Shown piece by piece: positions 56,592-64,000 of a DNA stretch of 64,000 nucleotides; within the stretch, counting starts at the first letter, position 1, and each line of letters opens with the position of its first letter. The notes beneath the pieces were generated by a model, which was given only the letters and a program-made list of their open reading frames with translations, ran no database searches and was not told the DNA's origin. A program made the position numbers and the translations under genes. This DNA is from a virus (lineage: Duplodnaviria > Caudoviricetes). The stretch is from IMG/VR virus record IMGVR_UViG_3300022602_000027, one strand, 5' to 3'.

Positions 56592-57199
56592 CTATAAAAA
56601 TTATAGAAAATTTAATACCATTAACTTGGCAACAAGATTTATTTGCATCTGCCAAAGAATGTTTCTATATCTATAAAGAAAATACATCTTATAAAGTTGA
56701 TGAGGCTACTTTTATTCAAGGAATGGATATTTTTATCGATGAAAATACCGTTGATACTTTACAGTTTGTTCATTATATAAACTGGGGAGCTCGTGATCAC
56801 AATCACATGTACCCTTTTATGAAACCATTAATTCATATGTTAGGGCAACAGCTAGGAAAAAAAATTAATAGAGTTCATAGAATGAAGATTAATCATACAT
56901 GTCCCCAACCAAATTTTACTGAAAATAATTATAATATTCCACATACAGACGATCCAGACCCTAAAAAATTTACAGCTATCTACTATATTAATGACAGTGA
57001 CGGTGATACATTTATTTTTAATGAAATGTATAATACAGAATGGCAAACAAAACCGATTGAAAAATTAACTATAGCAAGACGAGTTACTCCTAGAGCAGGA
57101 ACTGCTGTAGTATTTCCGGCAACACAACTACATGCTAGTTCAAATCCAATTAATACTAAAAGTAGATGGGTCCTAAACATTCTATTTGAGATTGAATAA
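56588..57199 (+). CDS. 2OG-Fe(II) oxygenase (HxD type)
   Basis: PHTD..YYINDSDG..HASSNP..R. Confidence 0.87.
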   Translation: MTIKIIENLIPLTWQQDLFASAKECFYIYKENTSYKVDEATFIQGMDIFIDENTVDTLQFVHYINWGARDHNHMYPFMKPLIHMLGQQLGKKINRVHRMKINHTCPQPNFTENNYNIPHTDDPDPKKFTAIYYINDSDGDTFIFNEMYNTEWQTKPIEKLTIARRVTPRAGTAVVFPATQLHASSNPINTKSRWVLNILFEIE

Positions 57200-57801
57200 T
57201 GAATATTGATCGATGGTTTCCTACTGTTATTAGTTGTTCTGATGATAATTTGACAGATAAGTTAGATATCTATCGTTCTTACTGCGAGGAAATAACTAAC
57301 GGTATTCCTCTTAGTAGACCATTTACTGGATCTCAACTAGTAAGTACGTTTAATCAACCAATGCCACAGTATGATCGTCCTATAGAAAAAGATTTAAGAT
57401 TTAACGAGTTATTTGATCTTATACTTGAAAAAGGATCAATGTTTGCAGAATTTTTAGGTTACAAATATAACTTAGAAATATCTCATGCTTGGGTTAATAA
57501 AATACAAGCCAACGATTACCACGAATTACATAACCATGCCCTAGGAGGTAATGCATTAATATCAGGAGTGTTCTATGTATCTGCGCCCTCAAGTGCATTT
57601 CTTAGATTTAGAGACAATATTGAAACATATAGTCCAGTTCCTCCTACAGCGCATACTCCTTACAATAACAAACATGCCACATATCAGTGCTTACCTGGAA
57701 GATTAATTCTTTTTAAATCTGATGTATTACATGGATACGATTCGCATCTTTCAGATGATGTAAAATATAGTATTGCTTTTGACTTATCGGTGAAATTATG
57801 A
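57199..57801 (+). CDS. 2OG-Fe(II) oxygenase (HxH type)
   Basis: HNH..ISGVFY..ILFKSDVLHG..SIAF. Confidence 0.85.
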   Translation: MNIDRWFPTVISCSDDNLTDKLDIYRSYCEEITNGIPLSRPFTGSQLVSTFNQPMPQYDRPIEKDLRFNELFDLILEKGSMFAEFLGYKYNLEISHAWVNKIQANDYHELHNHALGGNALISGVFYVSAPSSAFLRFRDNIETYSPVPPTAHTPYNNKHATYQCLPGRLILFKSDVLHGYDSHLSDDVKYSIAFDLSVKL

Positions 57802-58424
57802 TTAACAAAGACTTCGCGTTTATTAAACCATTTGGGCCTGTTATATACAGTAATCTTCTTAATCCAGACGTAGTTAACGTATTGAATGAATGCAAAACGG
57901 TATCAGAATATATTGGTGATGATATTGGTTATATGCTTGCTGGAGCGATTAATTCTCAACTGAGATTAGTTAGAACCGCAGAACAAGAACAAATAATATA
58001 CGATCATATTTTTGAACATTTTGCTGCCTATATGGATAGAGATCCCGAATCACTTAAAAAAGAATATAAAATACCCAACAACGGTATCTGGTTAAATGTG
58101 CAACGAGCAGGCGAATTTAACCCGCCTCATCACCACGATGGACATTTTTCAGGGGTAATTTATCTAGAAGTGCCTCCTGAACTTGCAGAAGAAAATAAAA
58201 AGAAACCTGTAGGATTCCACTTACACGGCGAAATAAGTTTTTATTATGGCGACGATATTGGATGTCAAACGTATTTTCATATGATGCCAAGAGTTGCGCA
58301 GATGGTTATATTTCCAGCAAAGCTACAGCACGGAGTTCACCCTTTTTATAGTGATGTAAGACGAGTTTCAGTTGCATTTAACCTTTATAAACTTGCCGAA
58401 CCAATGCTGTTAGTTGATTCATAA
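57798..58424 (+). CDS. 2OG-Fe(II) oxygenase
   Basis: NPPHHH..FSGVIY..FPAKLQHGV..RVSVAFN. Confidence 0.85.
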   Translation: MINKDFAFIKPFGPVIYSNLLNPDVVNVLNECKTVSEYIGDDIGYMLAGAINSQLRLVRTAEQEQIIYDHIFEHFAAYMDRDPESLKKEYKIPNNGIWLNVQRAGEFNPPHHHDGHFSGVIYLEVPPELAEENKKKPVGFHLHGEISFYYGDDIGCQTYFHMMPRVAQMVIFPAKLQHGVHPFYSDVRRVSVAFNLYKLAEPMLLVDS

Positions 58425-58481
58425 CTATCTCCAACGGTAAAAAATACTACTAAATACCCTACAATTAAGGAATGAATTACT

Positions 58482-59270
58482 ATGGATTCAAATTTACCAA
58501 TCGAACACTCACAAGAAACTCCAGTTGCGGTTAAACCAAAACGCCCTTTAGAAATTATCTATTTGGAAAATGTTGCCCGCTCAGACACATTTGCTAATGT
58601 ACTAGGGGATACTGATAAACCAGGTTGGGAATTTGGAAGAATGACTGACGAAACCGAAGATAAAGATACTGCTATTATGTTCTGGCAACAAAATATGCAA
58701 CGTAGTAGTTGGTGTTCTGAAGTTTTATGGTATGAATTATTAGCTAAATTAGAAGAAACTCATCCAGCTACAAAAAATTATCAATTTAAAGTAAAAGATG
58801 TTACCTGCGGCGGAAAAACTTTTGGCCAAGATGGCGGTATTCATACTGATTACGACTTTCAATTTACAGAAGAGGGTGACGGTTGGATGACTGTTTGTTT
58901 CTTTCCTAATAAAGAGTGGAATCCAGAATGGGGCGGAGAGTTTCAATTTTTTAATGACGCAGGGGATGTAATTGCAAGTTATTATCCAAAACCTAATACT
59001 GCGCTTGTATTTGATTCTAATATTCCGCATAGAGGTTTAGCTCCAACTCGTAATTGTAACAGATTGCGCAAATGCTTAACTTTTAAAACTTTTGTACATA
59101 AACAATGGTTTTTAGAATCCAATCCAGATGTAAAAATGATTGACGGTAGTGTTGTTCCCGGGCTAGTTAGTACACCAACAAGAACAGACATGGGTAATAC
59201 TAATTCTCCTGAACCAGCGGCAATTTTTACAGATCCAACGGCACCAGCTAAGAAAAATATTGTAGGTTAA
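58482..59270 (+). CDS. 2OG-Fe(II) oxygenase (P4H-like)
   Basis: IHTD..WGGEF..FDSNIPHRG..R. Confidence 0.87.
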   Translation: MDSNLPIEHSQETPVAVKPKRPLEIIYLENVARSDTFANVLGDTDKPGWEFGRMTDETEDKDTAIMFWQQNMQRSSWCSEVLWYELLAKLEETHPATKNYQFKVKDVTCGGKTFGQDGGIHTDYDFQFTEEGDGWMTVCFFPNKEWNPEWGGEFQFFNDAGDVIASYYPKPNTALVFDSNIPHRGLAPTRNCNRLRKCLTFKTFVHKQWFLESNPDVKMIDGSVVPGLVSTPTRTDMGNTNSPEPAAIFTDPTAPAKKNIVG

Positions 59271-59272
59271 TT

Positions 59273-59482
59273 ATGGATCCAGGAATAAGAAGAACACATT
59301 TTCCAGATAGATTACTATTTGTTCCTATTAAGATTAGAGACGAACGTCTTGCAATTTGTAACAAATGTCCTAATAATAAAAATTTAGAATGCGTAGTAAA
59401 TGGAAAACCTGTATACTCTATGGTCACTAAAAAGAATTTAATGTGTCCCTTAGGATTTTGGTCTACACATTATGGCAGTTAA
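59273..59482 (+). CDS. Small Cys-rich protein
   Basis: RLAICNKCP..C..CPLGFW. Confidence 0.7.
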   Translation: MDPGIRRTHFPDRLLFVPIKIRDERLAICNKCPNNKNLECVVNGKPVYSMVTKKNLMCPLGFWSTHYGS

Positions 59483-60200
59483 AATTGGTTGGTGTCCATG
59501 GCCTGAAAAAACACATTTAACTAATGACGGCCCTACTACTTATTACGGTCATGCCGAAATATTAGCTATACCTCCTCAGAAATTAGATACTTGGGATAAC
59601 AGTCATTCAGGGTTTACTAAATGCCCTGCTTTTAGTACATACGTTTCTAACACCTACATGATTTTTTCTAACATTGATGTTGAATTAACTTGGGATGCTA
59701 CTAACAAAGTATTAAACAGTAATTTACCCCAACATGCATATAATACTCATATTAATTTGCATTATCAAGATTTTGTACCAGATGTAGATCCTCCAATTGT
59801 TGCTTTAATGTCTAGTATGTTGTTTGTGGCCGACCAGCCAGTTGTAATGGAAATGACACCTCCTTACAATCATATCGACCCAGCATGGCGTATGATGCCC
59901 GGGTCTTTTAATATCTATAATTGGTTTAGACCAATTATACCTACTTTTGAAATGTTACATACAAAAGTATCTATTAAGCGTGGACAACCATTAATGTATG
60001 TTCGTTTTAAAACTGAAAATTTTAAAGATAATATTGTATTAGAACGTATAGAACGTACAGATGAACTAGAACATTTAGTTAATAGTTGTTTGTCAGTTAA
60101 AACATATCAACCATCCTTAAGTTGGCGTATTGCTAACTCTTTAAATCCCATTAGACCTAGGAAACTTTTAAAATCATGCCCACTAAAGAAATGGCTTTAG
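59472..60200 (+). CDS. Hypothetical protein (possible dUTPase-like beta fold)
   Basis: KCPAF..MPG..IKRGQPLMYV pattern seen in oxygenase clusters. Confidence 0.55.
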   Translation: MAVKIGWCPWPEKTHLTNDGPTTYYGHAEILAIPPQKLDTWDNSHSGFTKCPAFSTYVSNTYMIFSNIDVELTWDATNKVLNSNLPQHAYNTHINLHYQDFVPDVDPPIVALMSSMLFVADQPVVMEMTPPYNHIDPAWRMMPGSFNIYNWFRPIIPTFEMLHTKVSIKRGQPLMYVRFKTENFKDNIVLERIERTDELEHLVNSCLSVKTYQPSLSWRIANSLNPIRPRKLLKSCPLKKWL

Positions 60201-61417
60201 ATCTATTTAGACCGAAGACTTTAGTAGTTGTTGGTGCAGGAACTGCCGGGATACAAGGGGTATGTCATTATCTTGCGTATCTAGCCAGTCATGGTTGGAT
60301 AATAACTCTTATTCATTCTCCTAAAATTAATATATTAGGCATAGGAGAAAGTACCAATCCTCCATTTGTAGAAGCATTAGAGGATGGAGCAAATTTTAAT
60401 ATACTTGATGATACAGAAAAACTAGATGCTACATTAAAATTTGGAACCCATTATGTAAATTGGAGGGACAATCCCTTTACGGTTCCTGTGCTTACTGGAC
60501 ATGCCGCTTTGCACATTAATACTTTTAAATTAAAAGAGTTTGCACTTCCACGTTTAAAATCAATATGGGGAGACAAATTTCAAATTATCGAAGGAACAGT
60601 CTCTGTATTAGAAAATTACGAAGAATCAGTACGTGTTGTAGTCGACGATAAAGATTATTATTTTGATTATGCTGTTGATAATCGAGGATTTCCAGATTCG
60701 TATGATGACTATAATATAATTGAAGACAATCCAGTTAATCATGCACTCATCCACAACACCCCTGAACGACTTGATTTAAATGCTACACTACACCAAGCAA
60801 CACCAGACGGATGGATGTTTGGTGTTCCGTTAACATCGAGAACTAGTTATGGGTATTTGTTTAACGACAAATTAACCACAGTAGAACAAGCAAAAATTAA
60901 TTTTAGTAAAGAAATTAATGTACCTGTTGAAGAATTAAACAATATAGAATATAAATTTAAATCATATTATGCAAACAAAGTCTTAGATAAAAGAATTATT
61001 AAGAATGGAAATAGGGCTGTATTTTTTGAGCCTATGTTTGCCAACAGTTTATGGTTGTATAAAAATATTGATAAGGCATTTATTAGTTACATGAAAGGAT
61101 TTTTTACAGAAGAAAAAACAAATGAAATATTCAATAATATATCTCAAGATGTAGAAGAGTTAATTTGTTATTTTTATCATGGCGGCAGCATTTATAACAC
61201 AGAATTCTGGCAACTTGTTAAGCCCTATGCTAGTAAAAAATTAGAAAATAGTAGATCTTTTAATGTTATGAAAAGTCTAATGCGTCGACAATATAAGTTT
61301 AAACAATTTGATCCAACAGTAAACGAATACAGTTGGGTGTTTGGTGAAAAACACATGTTTAGTATAGATGAAAAATTAGGTTATAATTATTTTTCTGCCC
61401 CAGATGAAAACAATTAA
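60191..61417 (+). CDS. Flavin-dependent halogenase-like protein (divergent)
   Basis: GAGTAG, GIGEST, ATLK, GWMFGVP and FFEP. Confidence 0.8.
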   Translation: MALDLFRPKTLVVVGAGTAGIQGVCHYLAYLASHGWIITLIHSPKINILGIGESTNPPFVEALEDGANFNILDDTEKLDATLKFGTHYVNWRDNPFTVPVLTGHAALHINTFKLKEFALPRLKSIWGDKFQIIEGTVSVLENYEESVRVVVDDKDYYFDYAVDNRGFPDSYDDYNIIEDNPVNHALIHNTPERLDLNATLHQATPDGWMFGVPLTSRTSYGYLFNDKLTTVEQAKINFSKEINVPVEELNNIEYKFKSYYANKVLDKRIIKNGNRAVFFEPMFANSLWLYKNIDKAFISYMKGFFTEEKTNEIFNNISQDVEELICYFYHGGSIYNTEFWQLVKPYASKKLENSRSFNVMKSLMRRQYKFKQFDPTVNEYSWVFGEKHMFSIDEKLGYNYFSAPDENN

Positions 61418-61440
61418 ATATCACAAATATAGGAAATAGT

Positions 61441-63027
61441 ATGCCAAGTATAGACAAAATTGTAGTTTTAGGTGGAGGTTCAGCTGGGTGGATGACAGCC
61501 GCAACACTTAAACATCATCTTCCCAACAAAGAAGTATATGTAATTGAAAGTCCCAACATACCAACTGTAGGAGTAGGTGAAAGCACTATTGGTCAAATCA
61601 ATGCTTGGCTACATGATTTAGATATTAAAGACGAAGATTGGATGGTTCATTGTGATGCTAGTTATAAACTAAGCATCAAATTTACTGACTTTTACAAAGA
61701 AAATTCAGGAGGATTTCATTATCCATTTGGACTTCCACATGTCGATGGCACTATATTTGGAATTAATGACTGGTACTTTAAGAAAATGAAGTATCCAGAA
61801 ACTCCTAACAGCGATTACGCTTATACTTATTATCCAGCTACTATGCTTTCTGAGGCAAATAAAATTATCACAAATGAAGATAATAAAATGCCGTCATGGA
61901 GATTTAGCAATGATACTGCTTATCATTTTGATGCGGCAAAATTTGGTGCATGGTTAAGAGACGGGTATTGCAAGCCTCGAGGAGTTATACATATTCCTAG
62001 CGAAGTAATTAGTGTACAAACTAATGATAAAGGTGTTGAGAGTCTTACATTAACTGACGGTAGTTTAGTTACTGCTGATTTGTTTATTGATTGCACAGGA
62101 TTTAAGGCAATGCTAATTGATAAAGCATTAGGAGTTCCTTTTATACCCTTTGATCATATGTTGCCTAACAACAGTGCATGGGCTACAAGAATTCCTTATC
62201 AAGACAAAGCAAAAGAATTACAACCATATACTAATTGTACTGCTATTGAAAACGGTTGGGTTTGGAACATTCCTCTTTGGAGTCGAACAGGAACTGGGTA
62301 TGTTTACAGTGATAAGTTTGTAAGTGATGCAGATGCCTTAGAACAATTTAAAAATTATTTACGCAGACGTGATCCTGTTGTTATTCCAGAAGAAATAATT
62401 GATACTTTAGAATTTAAAAATATCAAAATGCGCATTGGTATACATAAAGAAATTTATTCTAAAAATGTATGTGCTATTGGTTTAGCGGCTGGATTTATTG
62501 AACCTTTAGAAAGCAATGGATTATTTACTGTACATGAATTTGTTACTAAATTAGCAAAAACTTTGCGAAGAGAAAGTATTAGTCAGTGGGATAAAGACAC
62601 GTTTAATACTAGTTGCCGTAGAGATTTTAAAACATTTGCACAATTTGTTTCATTGCACTACGCTCTAAGCCAAAGAGATCAAACAGCATATTGGCAAGCA
62701 ATAAATGAAAAACAATTTAGTCTTGACATGGTTAATGACAATATAAACAAATCCGGGTTTGAAGATTTAATGTTTAGTAGAATGAATGGCAATACATACA
62801 CATTAGATTTAGGCGGAATACCTGCTATTGCTGCCGGCATGGGATATTTTCCATTAGACGAAAGTAGTGTTAAACGCAGTATGTATGTTAATAATCATAC
62901 AATGTTACGTGAAGTTATAGAAAATACACTCGAACGCTGGAAAACACAAGAAGCAGAATGGCAATCTATTGTCAACGAAGCTCCTACCCTACTTGAATTT
63001 TTATCTGAAATGTATGCTTCTAAGTAA
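61441..63027 (+). CDS. Tryptophan halogenase family protein
   Basis: GGGSAG, VGEST, ASYKLSIKF, FIDCTGF, GWVWNIPL and FIEPLES. Confidence 0.9.
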   Translation: MPSIDKIVVLGGGSAGWMTAATLKHHLPNKEVYVIESPNIPTVGVGESTIGQINAWLHDLDIKDEDWMVHCDASYKLSIKFTDFYKENSGGFHYPFGLPHVDGTIFGINDWYFKKMKYPETPNSDYAYTYYPATMLSEANKIITNEDNKMPSWRFSNDTAYHFDAAKFGAWLRDGYCKPRGVIHIPSEVISVQTNDKGVESLTLTDGSLVTADLFIDCTGFKAMLIDKALGVPFIPFDHMLPNNSAWATRIPYQDKAKELQPYTNCTAIENGWVWNIPLWSRTGTGYVYSDKFVSDADALEQFKNYLRRRDPVVIPEEIIDTLEFKNIKMRIGIHKEIYSKNVCAIGLAAGFIEPLESNGLFTVHEFVTKLAKTLRRESISQWDKDTFNTSCRRDFKTFAQFVSLHYALSQRDQTAYWQAINEKQFSLDMVNDNINKSGFEDLMFSRMNGNTYTLDLGGIPAIAAGMGYFPLDESSVKRSMYVNNHTMLREVIENTLERWKTQEAEWQSIVNEAPTLLEFLSEMYASK

Positions 63028-63586
63028 TTTTTTATATGAATTTCATTGGGATGAATTTAATATTCATCGAGATGCTCTTATAGAGCATTGTTTAAAAAAT
63101 GAAAAACCTAATACTATAGAATCAAATATTGCTGTAGATGCAAAAACTAATCTTTGGGAAAGCACATTTCATTTTTTAGAAGATAATAATCCGGCAGTTG
63201 TTGCACTAAAACTATGGATGGTTTGTGCTGTTGAAGATTTTATCTGTCGATCTAATCATAAAAAATATAAACTTGCAATAACAGAGTGTTGGGCACATCT
63301 TACAAGGACTAACGGATGGCATGCTCCTCACGCTCATCCAGGTAGTACATGGTCTGGAATATTTTATGTTGATGAAGGTGATAAAAATTGCGGGGGTACT
63401 ACTTGTTTTATTTCGCCATTTAATGTTGAACGTAAACCTGGATTAGATTTCTTTCAAAATGAATGCCGGGTAGTCACCAAACCCGGCATGATGATTATAT
63501 TTCCTAGCTCTCTTATTCACTACGTGCAACCTTACATAGGCACAGCACCAAGAATTACGATAGCATTTAATTCTATCTGTATTTAA
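63014..63586 (+). CDS. 2OG-Fe(II) oxygenase (HxH type)
   Basis: HAHP..WSGIFY..FPSSLIHYV..RITIAFN; start re-assigned to ATG 63014. Confidence 0.85.
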   Translation: MLLSNFLYEFHWDEFNIHRDALIEHCLKNEKPNTIESNIAVDAKTNLWESTFHFLEDNNPAVVALKLWMVCAVEDFICRSNHKKYKLAITECWAHLTRTNGWHAPHAHPGSTWSGIFYVDEGDKNCGGTTCFISPFNVERKPGLDFFQNECRVVTKPGMMIIFPSSLIHYVQPYIGTAPRITIAFNSICI

Positions 63587-64000
63587 TTATTGATTAACAA
63601 TATTTGGAATAGTGCTCGGAGCGGCTTGATTATATCCTGATCCAGGATTAGTAGGTACAACAACATCAGGCTGTCCTGCACCGGGTGGTGTAGTTAACAT
63701 AGCAGGTTTAGGAATAGCTGCCTTAACACTAGCAATATGTTGAGCCCATTCGCCATTAGGGCTAATGGTACCAGTTGACATTAACTCTCTATAAAGCATA
63801 TCCATTTGATCGTTCACTCCAGCATACGCTCGCATACGTTGCATATAAAACGGCTCTACGGTATTACCAAATTGATCTCGATTAGCCGCATGTGGATCTT
63901 CAAAAGTACCGTCTGGCAATAATAAGAAATAAGTTTCTGTGTTATCAGGACAGTCAGTCCAATACAAACCAGTGTGCGTTTCAAATTGTTCAGCTTCGCT
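63587..64000 (-). CDS. Virion-associated hypothetical protein (5' end outside window)
   Basis: Frame stays open to 64000; RMRAY..V.DQMDMLY..W..HIASVKAAIPKP motif seen in tail-region proteins. Confidence 0.65.
   Translation of the reverse strand, partial: SEAEQFETHTGLYWTDCPDNTETYFLLLPDGTFEDPHAANRDQFGNTVEPFYMQRMRAYAGVNDQMDMLYRELMSTGTISPNGEWAQHIASVKAAIPKPAMLTTPPGAGQPDVVVPTNPGSGYNQAAPSTIPNIVNQ

Larger units (their letters stand above)
14387..61421. promoter_or_regulatory. T4 gp55-like late promoters (C/A/T)TAAATA
   Basis: TAAATA (variant TAAGTA) just upstream of structural genes, e.g. 14387 (+), divergent pair 51938 (-)/51951 (+), and before starts 13179, 14334, 21382, 22446, 23079, 40460, 42072, 43483, 45795, 50005 (-) and 58482, 61441 (+). 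Confidence 0.75.

Noticed and set aside
1-64000. CRISPR array or TIGR-like guide array
   Set aside because: No regularly spaced identical repeats with unique spacers. The repeats in 1-11 kb are promoters separated by full ORFs.
1-64000. Stop-codon recoding
   Set aside because: Core genes are intact in code 11, and TAA, TAG and TGA all act as stops.

Overview
Segment of a large T4-like myovirus genome, probably a jumbo aquatic phage of a sigma70-type bacterial host. (1) About 1-11.9 kb is a + strand early/accessory block of small genes. It has about 20 near-consensus TTGACA-N17-TATAAT promoters, a shared extended RBS (GGAGCGAA), one tRNA-Ile2(CAT) and an ORF-poor structured-RNA locus at 1.58-2.70 kb. 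(2) About 12-23 kb holds late (TAAATA-promoter) virion genes: putative internal head proteins and tail-fibre-like proteins. (3) About 23-38 kb is a - strand replication/recombination module: gp41-like helicase, half carbamoyltransferase, primase, mini-DnaE, UvsW, UvsY, UvsX, gp32. (4) About 38-55 kb covers packaging and morphogenesis: terminases, gp4, tube, sheath, gp13/14/15, dNMP kinase, Nudix. (5) About 55-63.6 kb is a cluster of 2OG-Fe(II) oxygenases and flavin halogenases. Main hunting results: a terminator-ended small RNA (11789-11886) with two identical loops complementary to the extended RBS of the early genes, plus a third such hairpin at 3790 (candidate RNA-based early-gene translational switch); a duplicated ~200-nt structured RNA with compensatory base changes; and a ~970-nt island with no TC or CC dinucleotide on the coding strand. 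All family assignments are from motif recognition by eye; no database searches or folding programs were run.
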